A stretch of DNA of 64,000 nt from Octopus vulgaris (taxonomy: Eukaryota): positions 109,678,001-109,742,000 of the forward strand of contig OX597815.1 of NCBI GenBank assembly GCA_951406725.2. The letters run 5' to 3'. The first letter of the stretch is position 1. Each line of letters opens with the position of its first letter. The notes under the pieces were generated by a model that saw nothing but the letters and a program-made list of their open reading frames with translations, had not been told where the DNA came from and made no database searches. Position numbers and translations under genes: made by a program. Below are positions 41,010-55,658 of this stretch, in pieces.

Positions 41010-41180
41010 CTTTTACTTACTTCACTCATTGGACTACAGGCATACTGGAGCACTACCTTGAAGGAAATTTTAGTCGTACTTATTTTTTAAGCTTGATACT
41101 TACTCCATCGTTCTCTTTCTCGAACCACTATATTATGAGGAAGTAAATAAACCAACATAAGTTAACAAGCGGTGGTAGCC
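41010..41180 (-). mobile_element. SINE family A tail part, degenerate
   Basis: ttcactcattggactacagggcatactggagcactaccttgaag...ctcgaaccacta...aacaagcggtggt. Confidence 0.65.
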
Positions 41181-41236
41181 AACAAGCACAAACATAAAGG
41201 CACACACACACACACACGCACAAAGATACATACATA

Positions 41237-42099
41237 CATGTATTACATGTGAAAATGTGAGCAAGAGAAATAATAGTCTTCAGATTATAAACCCGGAAAA
41301 ATACAGGACAAGTTATTACTCTTGGAAAAGTTAAGGACACCTTATTATATCTTGTAAAGTACAGAACAAGAAATTTTTTACTTAGAATATTGCAGCTGAG
41401 GAAAAAATTTCAAATAAAATATTTAGATTTAGAAAATATTAACTTTTTTTTAAATTAAAAATTTGATTACAATTCTATTCGTTATTACTTGTTACTTCTA
41501 TTAAAAATAAAAAATAAATCAATCAAATTATTTTTTGCACTTTCAAAAATTCATCTTTTAAATTATTAATTAATAATCAAAATTTCGAAAATAGGTTAAA
41601 AAATAATAATAGCACATAATTAGTATAATAAATAGAATAATACAAAAATTAGTTATATATTACAGTAAAATATACCTATAACAATAAATTCACAGTTATT
41701 GACTAAGTTATTCTCAAATCTTCACAATTTTAGTCTTGAGCCTATTTTGTATATGATGAATTTGCCTATCATATATACTATTCTACTTTGCATAAAACTG
41801 TAGTTATATTAGTACTTCTTGCTCTCATTTTTAAAGTATTCTAGGGTGTCAATATTTTAAAAAAATGATGGTACCTTTTTTATTTATAATGTTAGTTTGT
41901 AAATTTAAATCAAATAATTTTAATATTCAAATTTTATCTTTAGCTGCAATATTTTAAGTAAAAATTGTCTTGCTTTGTATTTTACCAGACGTAATAAGTT
42001 GTCCTGAACTTTTCCAAGAGTAATAACTTGTCCTATAATTTTTCAGGTTTATAATCTTAAGAATATTTCTCTTGCTCGCAGTTTTCCAAGTAATCCGTG
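41237..42099. mobile_element. Foldback/MITE, about 860 bp, with ~200-bp TIRs and a very AT-rich core
   Basis: gagcaagagaaataatagtcttcagattataaacc..ggacaagttattactcttggaaaagtt.aggac..atattgcagct pairs with agctgcaatat..gtcctgaacttttccaagagtaataacttgtcct..ggtttataatctt..atttctcttgctc. Confidence 0.88.
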
Positions 42100-42619
42100 T
42101 TTTTTCAGGCTATGCTATTATGCTAATTAATAATGTGTCAAATGTATCAATTAGCAGTATCATTGATAATTTTTTCTTTATGTCAATGACAACGGTGACA
42201 TATATCAAAAATCCACTTATTAAAACAAAGTATAGAACTATATCATCACGCTCAAATTTGCGAAACAAACACTCATAACTTTCTTTTAAATCTTCATTGC
42301 ATGAGATTGATACCCTGAAATTCTTTGAATTGAGCTCTATGATTAAAGCTTAATTAAAATATAGTTTGTCTTTAAAATAAAAATGTTAATTATACTTAAA
42401 TCCAATTTTTGCCTTACATATTTTTTCATGATATTTTATCTCACAACTGTTTTGATACAAATTTTTGTTGCATGGGACCAAAACTATAAAATTCTACATG
42501 CTTTCTTCTATCATTGGATCTAAGATAAATATATTTTGCTTTTAAACTAAAAAAAGTTTTTTAAATCTAAACTTGATTGGTGGTGTTACTCACCTATAAC
42601 GTTGCTACAAATTTTGATC

Positions 42620-42915
42620 TGCATCTAGAAAGTTCCCCTCCAAGGCACAAGTCCGGGTAAGGTTGTTTATGGAAAATTAGCAATCGCTCTTATGCCGCCC
42701 CTCTCCACCCGTGTGATGTTATCCAAGGGAAAGGCAGAGGCCGATATAGCTTGGCAGGAGTGACATCGCAACTCATTTCTACAGCTGAGTGAACTGGAGC
42801 AACGTGAAATAAAGTGTCTTGCTCAAGAATACAACACTCAACCCGCTCCGAGAATCGAACCCACTGCCTCATGCTTGTGAGCTCGATACTCTAGCAACTG
42901 AGTCATGTACCTTCA
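42620..42915 (-). mobile_element. SINE family C
   Basis: ctagaaagttcccctccaaggcacaagtccggg...gatgttatccaagggaaaggc...ctacagctgagtgaactggagcaacgtgaaataaagtgt..gagaatcgaaccc. Confidence 0.85.
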
Positions 42916-44388
42916 CATATTGTATGTATGCATAAATATATAAATATAAACATACACACACACGCGCACACATTTCCTCTGAACAAGTCAAGGATGCTTG
43001 TTGATGTTGTTTCTTGACTTGAAAGACAAATATCCCTTAAATCAGACCTTGCCATCTTTAAGTGAAAAATCAGTAACAAAAATAAGAAAACCTTATCTGA
43101 TAATGTTGTCCTAGATACACAAATGGCTGCTTGTTTAGCACCCTATCGACTTGACCATTCAAGCAATTTACTGCTACAACAAAAGTTTTGATTATTTTTA
43201 TCTCAGAAACACTCTCTAAAATGACTGAATATAAATTCACGATCTATCAGTTGTGTGATTGACGATACCTGATCGATACCCTTTTATTTATCTGTCTCTT
43301 TATTGATTCTTCAATTTGATACATTTTTTCTCTGTAGAGATTTTGATGATGGTACTTTAATGTCACCAAACAATTCGTCGATCTACAATTGTTGGGTAAA
43401 CGAAAGCAAGGTTACTGTGTCAGAATGCTCGAGTATATATAAATATGAACAGATTTCTCTCCCTCTCATATGTTGTAACGTTTTATCTGGTAAACTTTGT
43501 ACGGATACATTATATCATTACCGTTTGATCTAAACAATTGGTATTACACACACATGATAGTTTCTTCATATTCCCCAAGTAAGGAAAAGTAAATAAAACT
43601 TAAATTTGTTAAAATCGTTGAGCTTTCGAAAACCTAAGTGTAGCTTATAATGGATAAAGCACAGACATACTAAAAGATATGGTTGACAACACCCTCAGAC
43701 GTAACTGACTATTTTGTTAGAAATAATCCAGCATTTGAGTAGTTAACTTGGAAAATCAAAGAAATGTTAGTGTTTATTATAATCGTATTGGCCTCGTATA
43801 TTTGCATATAATCATAAATTGTGTTTGTAAAGAGGGTGTATGCATTTTAAATTATCTTTAGTAAGGACATTTTTATCATTTTCTAAGTATTATCTGGAAG
43901 AGCTGTTCTAATTTTTGTTACGTTGTCAGAGTTACTATAAAGTCAGATACCATAACTTGTGGTATTTGTTCCGTACCACCATGTTTTTGATTTGAAGTAA
44001 ATTTCGCTGAGGTCGGACGATGATAATGTATAAATGTATACATGCATGTTCAATGGGATTTAAATGCGGATCGTATCTGCCACTAAATACTGCAAGGATA
44101 ATTTCTCTTGAACTAATAAGCATCGATTCAGCTCGCAACTCCCGTTAGTGACGAATAGGCGCCATATCTTGTGTATTAAAACCTTGCGAAAAAATATTCT
44201 CTCCACAGACTGGCATGAAAGAGGTGTGAGAGAAGCCATCTAATTACTTCTAGACTGTTTCATTCAGCGACCCTACAAGGATGAAAAGCTCATTCTGGCA
44301 GGATTTGAATGCTCAGAGTATCACTAAATAGTCAATCCGACAGTTTAATCTCCCTCTGGAAACTAAACAGTTCAGAGTACATATACAT

Positions 44389-44556
44389 AAAGAAATGGAG
44401 TTAAACGTAGGTGTTATTCAAATCTTTATACTTCCGACATATGTTTCGAATAAACCATGGGTATTATTCCATTTGGAATAATACCAATGTTTTCTTCGAA
44501 ATACATGTCGGAAGTATAAAGATTTGAATAACACCTGCATTTAACTCCATTTCTTT
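44389..44556. repeat. 168-bp palindrome (83-bp arms, 2-nt spacer, 7 mismatches by manual count)
   Basis: aaagaaatggagttaaacgtaggtgttattcaaatctttatacttccgacatatgtttcgaa...ggtattattcca|tt|tggaataatacc...ttcgaaatacatgtcggaagtataaagatttgaataacacctgcatttaactccatttcttt. Confidence 0.95.
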
Positions 44557-44717
44557 TTTTATCAGCTATACAAAAACATTTCACTAAACCCTGGAATTTC
44601 TACCTTTATAAAGTAGGCTGTAACATCCTTGGTACTTATGTGAACTTTTTGCTACCCTGGTAACAATTTTTTTTTTCGTGTTATTTGTACACATTGGAAA
44701 AATACACATACACTTGT

Positions 44718-44786
<69 letters not shown>

Positions 44787-45455
44787 TGTATGTATGTATG
44801 TATGTATGTATGTATGTATGTATGTATGTGTGCGTGTCTGTGTGTGTGAATATGGTTTCTAATTTAGCCTGCGCATTTTTGTGATAGTACTGGTGTAGAG
44901 TTATGTGATTTCAGTATTTGACCTATCTCTGTAGGATGAAAGTCAAAGTGAACCTCAGAGCTGCTTGACCATAGTATGTTAAGCCATTTAACTTGATACA
45001 ACAACGAAAAATACTCTTAATGATAACGATTTTTAATATAGGTGCTATGCCTGATATTTTTGGCAATCAAAGTACCAGTACTCTCGACTGGTACTTATTT
45101 TATCAATATCAGATGGACGAAAGCCAAACTTGACCTTTTGAAAGAAACTAAACAACAACAACAACATCAAAATCAACAACGAAGACAGCAGTAGCAGGAA
45201 CAACAACAACACAATTAACATCGAGGATGCTACGTGGTCGCCCAGTTTAGTACAAAAGGCTGCCAAATGACCCTAGAATAAAACCCCTGCAGCTATAAAA
45301 GACAGAAAACACATTGGACAATATAACTGTTATTAGCATACACAAACGGGGATGGAGTTGTCCTGAATACCTTTGATCATAGGTCAAGCTCAATCACGGT
45401 TGACCTAGACCTATGGTTTCATATATATATAAGAGAACAAAGTGTACGTACGCCG

Positions 45456-45528
<73 letters not shown>

Positions 45529-45530
45529 TT

Positions 45531-45588
<58 letters not shown>

Positions 45589-45694
45589 CATAGGTATATA
45601 CAGACATCTTTCATAGAGGTGGTGATATTTGTGATCAGGTGATGGTACACACAAAAAGTGTTGATACTGCTTCAGTGGTCTCAATATTTACACA

Positions 45695-45695
<1 letters not shown>

Positions 45696-45739
<44 letters not shown>

Positions 45740-45749
45740 CAACAGCAGC

Positions 45750-45822
<73 letters not shown>

Positions 45823-45890
45823 ATAATAATAATAATAATAATAATAATTATTATTATTATTGGTGGTGGTGGTGGTGGTGGTGGTGGTAG
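45696..45890. repeat. Compound trinucleotide microsatellite (TAG/CAG/TAA/TTA/TGG)
   Basis: Direct runs. Confidence 0.95.
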
Positions 45891-46496
45891 AGACAATGGT
45901 TCCGAGTTGGCGATTAACCAAACATAGGTGACATAGGCAAGACTAAGGTTAGTGGGTAGCGGTTGGTTAGTTCGATGGCGATGGAGAGAGTAATAAACGG
46001 TGGATAGGACACCGAAGATGGAGATGATGGTACAGTTGGAAGTGATGGTTGTGGTGGTGGAGACTGTGACGACGACGATGATCATGATTAATGTTAGTGG
46101 TAGTGATGGTGGCGACGAAGAGGACATTCACGATGATAATGATGGCGATTTTGATTGTCACACTCCCGTGGCAGACAGAAATTGTGGGGTATAAAACTTG
46201 GATTTATTGAAAAACGGCTCTTTCTCTCTCTCTCCCCTCTCATTTGTCTGTTTGTCTCTCTCTCTCACTCTTTCTCTCTCCCCTCCCTCTTTGTCTGTTT
46301 CTCTCTCTTTCTCTCTCCCTTCCCTCTTTGTCTGTTTCTCTCTCTGTCTCTCCGCCTGTTTCTTTGTCTGTCTCTGTTTTTCCCTTCCTTCTCTGTATTT
46401 GTCTCTCCTTCTCTCTCCTCTTCATCTGTGCCTGCCTGTTTCTCTCTCCCTGTCTCTCTCTGTCTCTGGCACTATGTCTGTTTGTCTTTCTCTCTA

Positions 46497-46550
<54 letters not shown>

Positions 46551-47591
46551 TCACTGCATGCCACTGTGGCTGTTGTTTAGCCTTGGATCAGACATGATTG
46601 AGTGGAACCTTTGCCAAAGGCGTGCCAATCGTGACCATCCCGTCATTTCAGCATATGTATGTAACCCAGTTCTACATTATCCAATGCTTTCTTTCATAAT
46701 ATTACAGGATATGACGTGAGGAATGTATCTGGTTGCTATCTTCAGCATGTCAAGCGTCCTCATCGTTTTGTTGATATTGAAGCAAATAATAATATTGATA
46801 GTGTTAGTAGTGGTGATGTTAGGGTGGTGGTGGTAGTAGTAGTGATAGTGTTGGTGGTAGTGGTGGTGGTGGTGGTGGTGGTGGTGCTGCTGCTGCTGCT
46901 GCTGCTGCAATTGCTGGTGACGATGATGATGACGATGCTGATGAGGATGTCGCCAAATTGGACATTATTTGGCATAAAACTGTGTGTATTTCTATTTGCG
47001 TCTATATATGTGTGTATGCGCGCGCGTGTGTGTGTATTGTGAATAAAAATTATTGATGTTTAGCCCTAGGCTAATTCTGATCAAGCAGACCTGTGTGCGT
47101 TCAATGACGTCTTCGTCGTAACCTTCCTGTTAAATTCAAGTCACTGTATTTAAAACTGCAATGTATCATGGATTATGAAGATTTCGCTAATATATCTAGC
47201 GGTGGTGGTGGTGGAGGTGGTGATGAGGATGATTAGGAGGAGGAGGAGGAGGAGAAGTAGGAGGTGGTTGTGGAAACGTCCTGCTGAGATTGACGGCTGT
47301 GTTGGTGATGATGATGATGATGATGAAAACGACGACGACAATGATGATGATGATGATGTCCTGCTAAGTATGATGGTCATGGTGGTAGTGGCGGCAGTGA
47401 TAATGACGATTACGACAACGACGACGACGACGATGATGATGATGATGATGATGATGATGAGACGTTACTAAGTATAATAGTTAAAGTTGATAAAGGAGAA
47501 AGAAAAGTTGAAATTAGAATCATGTCAAAGCATCATTATGTGTGTATCTGGCAGTATGCTACGTATGTATGTGTTTAAGCATGTATTGTGC

Positions 47592-47675
<84 letters not shown>

Positions 47676-48104
47676 TTTGGTCGATTTGCAATTATCAGAT
47701 CGGCATTTTGGTGGGAGAGGAAATCAGTGAGAGGAAGAAGGGGAGAGAGAGAGAGAGAGAGAAACAGAATGGGAAAGAATAAAATAAGAAACACGGAGAA
47801 AATGTGAGAGAACTATACATGTGTATGTATGTGTGTGTGCGTGCGTGTGTGTGTTTATACGTGAGTATGAATGTATGCGTATAAAGAGAACTACAGAGTG
47901 AGAGAAAAGAGAAAAAAAGAAAGAGGAAAAATAATGATTGAGAATCAGAGGGAGAAAAAGTGGGAGAGAGAATCCCTGCTGGCCATATTGGCGTCATTGT
48001 TGCCAAGAATCTATTGGTTTGGAGGCGAGAATTGGAAAGAAGATGGAAATTCTCTAATCCCCACTTCCCTCCACCACCTTCCTCCCTTCTTTATTCTCCT
48101 CCTT

Positions 48105-48135
<31 letters not shown>

Positions 48136-48520
48136 TTCTCTGTGTTTCTTGCTCCCAACTTTTGTGGAGGGATAAAGGAGTGGGTTGGTAATTCAGGAAG
48201 AAAAGAATCGCTTTCCGAGTGAGATGAACATTAATTGTCGTTAATAATGCACAGATTTCCGCTCATTATCAGTGCCCCGGCTACTTTCACAAACACCCCC
48301 CACATCCTCCACTCTCACACACACACGCACACACGGGCGCGCTCATGCACATGTGCAACTCATACGCAATTACACACTCACCATATACATAGCAAAAGTA
48401 TGACAGCAGATTCACTGGCATACATCCCCGCATAAACGTCTATACACATGCGCACTCCTTCTCATAAGTACACAAAGATGCACACGTATCGCGGCAAACA
48501 TATGTACAAACACAGTCATA

Positions 48521-48727
48521 TCCTTTTCTACTCTAGGCACAAGGCCCGAAATTTTTGGGGAGGATGCCAGTCGATTAGATCGACCCCAGTATGCAACTGG
48601 TACTTAATTTATCGACCCCGAAAGGCAAAGTCGACCTCGGCGGAATTTGTACTCAGAACGTAAAAACAGGCGAAATACTGCTAAGCATTACGCCTGGCAT
48701 GCTAATGTTTCTGCCAGCTCGCCGCCT
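48521..48727 (-). mobile_element. SINE family B, near full length
   Basis: ctaggcacaaggcccgaaattt...ctggtacttaatttatcgaccccgaaaggcaaagtcgacctcggcggaattt...ctgccagctcgccgcc. Confidence 0.9.
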
Positions 48728-48904
48728 TACAAACACAGTCACATCGTCAAACACAGATAGTTATGCAAATACACTTACACACAATTGAGAAGCAGCACTT
48801 ATACACTTATGCCCTAATATACCACACACACACACACACATACACACACACACACACACACGCACGCACTCACACACATATGTAAGTATGCATATATTCT
48901 TTTG

Positions 48905-49720
48905 TTCTTATACTTGTTTCAGTCAGCCGATTGAGGTCATGCTGGAGCACCGCCATAAAAGGTTTTAGTCGAAGAAATCGACCCCAGGTGTATTTCTTTG
49001 TAATCCTGGTACTTCTATCGGTCTCTTTTGCCGAACCGCTAAATTACGGGGACGTAAACACACCAACATCGGTTGTCAAGGACACGCACACACACACACA
49101 CATATATATCCAATGGATGTTTTATAAAACTATTCCACACATACCATAACAGCCATACCAACAATCCAACTTACCTCCATCATCAGCTGCTCTATGGATA
49201 TCACTATGGTTTCGACACCTGGGCAATACCATTCAATCTGGCAGTGTCAACAGCACTAAAACATGGGCTGTTTGGGAACAAACATACCTTAGATACCACC
49301 ACCTTCAGGCAATCTTAATTCTATGAAGGATTAAACACTAACATAAATAATTAAACTACAACAAAGAAACACATTTACCCTATGTGCAAAAACAGTATCG
49401 ATAAATAAATTCAATAAGTAAACCTATAACACCTAAAGTATCTAACTAAATAGCACCCTAGCCCTTGAAGTCCATGCAGATAATATTCCACCAGTTCTTC
49501 ATAGTTATTAATATAAAAGTGAACACTTTTATATTCTATTCTTTCCAAAACAAAACAAACTCGATTGAACTTAACTAATAATATAATAGATTCTGAGTGA
49601 ATTACACTATTTCATAACCCAAAAGTTAATAATTGAAACACTCCGAGTTTCTTTCTGTTTCCATCTACCAAATCTACCCATAAGGCTTTTGTCGGCCCGA
49701 GGTTATAGTAGATGACATCT
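48905..49720 (-). mobile_element. SINE family A copy (tail 48905-49080, head fragment 49645-49720) with a ~530-bp unrelated insert
   Basis: Tail cttgtttcagtc..catgctggagcaccgcc..ccgaaccgctaaattacggggacgtaaacac; head ctttctgtttccatctaccaaatc..ggcccgaggttatagtaga. Confidence 0.7.
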
Positions 49721-49737
49721 ATCTATCTATCAATCTA

Positions 49738-49768
<31 letters not shown>

Positions 49769-49773
49769 ATCTA

Positions 49774-49848
<75 letters not shown>

Positions 49849-49901
49849 ATCAGTCTGTTTGTATATACGTGTGCATGCATAACCCCACCATTTACATATA
49901 T

Positions 49902-49963
<62 letters not shown>

Positions 49964-50352
49964 ATTTTTCTTTGTCTCTCACCCTCTCTTGATGGGTGTC
50001 TGTGTGTGTGATAGAGAGTGGGAGAGTGAGAGTAATTTTGGTGTTGGGCACACCGTACTCAACGTAAACACTCGACGAGCATTGCTGACATTTAAACACT
50101 ATGAGAGATGGTCACACTCGTCTAACGAGTACACAGCCATCATGCATGTATGCATATTTGTATAATGGGCTTATTATTGGAATATTTAATCTAAGAGAAA
50201 TACTAGGTAAATGTGACTTCGAAGTTTGGCTCCTCGTGCTGGTAGCCACGGTGTCGTTGCCTGCAAAAATTCGATGTCATAATCGAACTGTAAGTTTATA
50301 AAATACAACATAAATATATTCATGTGTGAGTATACGTGAGAATGTGAGAGGG

Positions 50353-50383
<31 letters not shown>

Positions 50384-50848
50384 GACAGAGACAGAGACAG
50401 AGACAGATAGACAAACAGACAAAGACAGAGTGAGGGGAGATATGTAAGGATGAAGAAAAGGCGAGAAAGAGACCAGAATATAAACTTAAGGACAACGAAA
50501 ATCTTTCTACGTAGTCACTTGCCCTGCCAGAAAACGTAGGCAAATGTACCGAACTTTCTTTAACATGAATGATTAATTTACATAATGTATATCTTACATA
50601 ATGTATATCAGAGTGGCTTCAGCTCGTATAACTCGATCGCAGGTTTGTTCTGCCAGTGTAGAACTGGGTTCAAAACAGTTTCAATTTTTCCATACTCATA
50701 CAATATATACATAAATACGTACAGAGATATATGTTCATACGTCGATCTGTATATGGCTTGATTGATTTTTATATAATCCAGGTAAATACCGACTAAACTT
50801 TTATTGTAATGATGAATACGCAGAGATATGTGTGTGCGTGTGTGTATG

Positions 50849-50880
<32 letters not shown>

Positions 50881-51076
50881 CGTGTGATTCGCCATGATAG
50901 ATCGGTAGCCACTACACACATTTTTTCTCTCCTTGTTCCCGTCTGTGTTCCTTTCTGTAGAAGAGCGTAGGCTCGAAACATTAAAGACTTTTTCAATTCC
51001 CGAGCTTTATACTAATACATCTGTTTGTTTTCTACACCACTTGTCTTCGACTTTTGTTTTTTCGTGAATTTTCCTT
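50881..51076 (+). mobile_element. ~195-bp non-coding element with hammerhead-like motif (50951-50986)
   Basis: CUUU-CUGUAGA-A-GAGC-guag-GCUC-GAAAC-AUU-AAAG; paralog of 16541-16722; TG microsatellite on both sides. Confidence 0.75.
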
Positions 51077-51080
51077 ATAT

Positions 51081-51111
<31 letters not shown>

Positions 51112-52693
51112 CGCGCGACAGATACTTTCTCATTTCTCATTCTATCTAATTCAAACTACAGAAAATTCGATTTGTAATTCTTCTAAGAACGATAACATTA
51201 TGAAAACTGGAATCTCAACATTTTCAATCTATAACACTCTCTCAAATTTTTATTTCATTTACCTATAAAATACCTTCTCAATTTTCAGAAATATCTATCT
51301 AGTGCTAGTAAAACACTAGGTATCTATCTAGTGTTAGTAAAACAAAATGTATTAAATAATGGCTAGAGAAAAAATTTCATTCCAAATTACATATTTCCAA
51401 ATATGAAGACCTTTCTGTCGTTTTATAAAATTCTATATTTCTATTTTATGTTTTAGATTTGTCTGAAATATATAAATTTACATAAATTAATAGAAAATCC
51501 GCGCTGTAATTATTGCAAAAAATTCTTCGTAAAAACAACCACTTTCACCTAAGATAAATTTGGGTTTGGTTAATACACACAACAAACCAGTTTGTCATTC
51601 AATCAGCAGAAAATATCAGCCAAAACTCTCACAAATCGAATCATTGGTTGAAGCCTCTCTTGAATAAATATATGCAAATGTGGAGGTTGTCACAGCTGGA
51701 AAGCCTTCCCTCATAGGTTTTCCAATATAATTGAATCTGGGACGAGAAAATAATACAATTTACTGAGACAAGAATGGAAATTCTCTGCATGATGTAGATA
51801 TAGTTGTAAAGTTTTCTTCAAATTGCTCCATACTTTCTTAAATTAGGAAAGGAAACATTAAAAAAAATGCTCTAAATATTCAAATACATACGTCTGTTTG
51901 AAAATTTAGAACATTTTCCGATGTTTCTCAGAACAAAAATAACAGGTGGTTTGTTGTCCATTCTTAGCTATTTATAATTCGCCAAAATATTTTTTATTCT
52001 GCTTATAGATAAACAGGGTAGCATAGAGATGGAAAGCGTATAAGATCGGAACCAATGACAATCAGCGCCAGCGATCTGATTACAAATATCAATGGTGTTA
52101 TTTCGCCACTTCTCATTTTATCTTGAATGTAACGCCTGGAAAAATAAAATACAAAGCGAACATAACATTAGTAAAAATGTGGAGTTACGCTCGTATATGC
52201 TGTTTAAACATGCAACATTTAAACAAACAAACCAATACGTAGTTAAAAGAATAAAGCTGTTGCTGTTCGCTGTAATCAAGGCAATCCTTGTATTAGAGAA
52301 ATGGAAGAAGAGCCATAAAATATTGTAAAGACTTACATATATACTAAGTTATTACTAAATACACTGAGAACCTATGATACATTCCAATTACTTAATTAAT
52401 GAAGAGCCGCCTAAAGCACATATATACAAATTAGGTTAGCCACTAATTTTTGATTCCTCTATAATGCAGCCAAACATATGATATTGATAAGAGGATGAAG
52501 CTGGTTACGTCTTCTGCAGGGGACTATCATCAAACAATGAAGCATTCCGTCAAGATGCCCCTTTTCGCTTTTATTTCCCCTTGTATCGAAAGCATGCAAA
52601 GAATGTGTTTACATAATTTTTAGGCACACAGTAAGGCTTTATATATGTAAAACATATATTTCGTTTTTCTTCTATTATCATTACGTTGTGCAT

Positions 52694-52724
<31 letters not shown>

Positions 52725-52772
52725 TCACATATATATATGCTGTGTGTATATGATATATACTTACACAAAGAC

Positions 52773-52824
<52 letters not shown>

Positions 52825-52858
52825 GACTTATATATATATACATTTATATATATATATA

Positions 52859-52971
<113 letters not shown>

Positions 52972-53428
52972 TTATATACCAGTTAAGGAGGCTTTAGCTA
53001 TTTTTGTTTTTCTTTCGTGGTTGGCTTCACTGGCGCCGCCATTGTTCTATACAACAATTCTAAACATCCATTTATTGCTGTAGACCAACTACATTTGTTG
53101 GTCATGTCTTACTGAACCATTTTTTGTCATTTTTTGTAGTTGTTCTCTTGTTATTTTGAAATGATGTTTTCTTTTTTTTTATAGTTGGGAGTTAAGTTTT
53201 CTTGTTCGTGAATTCCATCTCTGGTCTTTTTTTTTATTATTATTTTTATATGATTGTTAAAAGCAAGCATATCAACTGCCTCCATAGCTCCGAACAATCT
53301 TTCCATGATCCAATGATGCATGTAGTCTTTGAATTTCTTTACAATTCCTAATATTCTGTGGTCTTTAATTAAGCATTTGTCGATTTAGATAAGTGTATAT
53401 GTGTGTACGTGCGTGTGCTTATATGTAC

Positions 53429-53468
<40 letters not shown>

Positions 53469-54009
53469 AGATTGTGTGTGTGCGTGCGTGTGTGTCTGAA
53501 TGGGTAGTGCATGGGCGTTCAGATAGCTGTTCGGTACGGGGATAGAAATCAACATATGCAAAAGAGGGCGGATAGGAGATGAATTGCTAAAACATTTTGT
53601 TCCAGCACATCAATTCTGCAGCGGCAATTTATTTCCGAAAGAACTGACAGGTATTCGCTATGAATCCTTGTATTAGAGAAATGGAAGAAGAGATAGAAAT
53701 ATTGTAAAGACTGTTGAACAGAATCTAGTTTTAGACATACAAGAACAAAAACGAAAAATGATAAATAAATAAGTAATAAATAAATAAATAAAAGCTGAAG
53801 GGATTTCGAAGAATATCGTAATTATTATAATTCATCGGATGTTTAAAAATAACTGAGCTTACCCACGTGCGTCTCATGGAAACATTCTATTTTCTCAGTT
53901 GTGTGGATGCCTATACACATATATAAACATGTATTTATATCTATATATGTATATATATATATGTATGCATATATATATATATATATGTATATATATATGT
54001 GAATATGTA

Positions 54010-54062
<53 letters not shown>

Positions 54063-54345
54063 GCATATGTATGTATATATATATGTATATATATATATAC
54101 GTATATATATATATTTATTTATTTATGTATATATATAAATATATATATATATATGCATATGTATGTATATATATATCTATATCTATGTATATATGTACGT
54201 ATATATATATATATATATATATATATGCATATATGTATATATATATATATACATATATATGTGTATGTATATATACATATATGTAAATATAAATATGATG
54301 TATGTATGTGTGTATATATATATATATGTATGTATATATATATGC

Positions 54346-54380
<35 letters not shown>

Positions 54381-54768
54381 CGCACACACATACATATGTC
54401 ATTTTTTATGTAGTATACTTAACTGATTCATACATGAATTTATAAGCAGCCTGACGAATACAGAAAGACTCACACACGCATATATTTATATATACATATA
54501 CAAGCACTCCCATAAATGTGTATGTGTGTGTGTGAGTGTGCTCGTGCGCGTGAAATCTGTAGCCATCAGCTTAAATATATAAACATATCCACCGTATAAT
54601 GCATATTGCACAACTTTCTTTCTACGTTGTCCTTACCGCACCAAAATTTGTAGAGCTTACACATTCATGTATTTATTACAATTACGTACACATACATACA
54701 ACATATACGTCAGTGCATGTGCACACTGACCCCCCCTCTCTCTCTCTCCGTATACATACATTCATGCA

Positions 54769-54885
<117 letters not shown>

Positions 54886-55211
54886 ATATATGTATGTGTA
54901 TATATATATATATATATATAAGTAGATAGATTGATAGGTATGTCGATAGATATAGCTTTGTGTTGTCATTAGACGTCTATGGTCGTGCTTATAGGTGTGT
55001 ATTCGTGTGTCTGCAAAGTTATTCATAAACGAAGGTATCTATTATGTATGAAAATATCCAACCTATAGACCAAGAGATATATAATTATCGCCTCACTTCG
55101 CTCCTTTCACAACGTTTTCTGTCTAAATATTAACTTTTTGTTTCTCTTTATGCCTCTTTATACACACGCATACATACTCATGCACACACACATGCAAACA
55201 CACTCATACTA

Positions 55212-55278
<67 letters not shown>

Positions 55279-55569
55279 GTATGTGTTTGTGTGTGTATGT
55301 GTGTGTGTACATGTGTGAGTCTGTCTATATAAATGTATGTATGTGTTTATATATATGTATGTGTGCATATCCCTATGCACTCAATCTTCTACATATATAT
55401 GTATATATATATATGTATGTATATGTGTATGTGTGCTTATCCATTTGCACTATATATATATATATATATACATACATATAAGCGCATGCGTACATATATG
55501 TATGTATGAATATCTTGAAATATATATACACACATATTCATATATAATTGCAAATATACATATATATAC

Positions 55570-55658
<89 letters not shown>

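Noticed and set aside
46677-47471. Poly-Q/H/T/D/R ORFs resembling transcription-factor low-complexity regions
   Set aside because: Trinucleotide microsatellites interleaved with repeat fragments; no domain or splice support.
54445-54472. CTGACGA...GAAA as a hammerhead
   Set aside because: No stem II pairing and no stem I or III.
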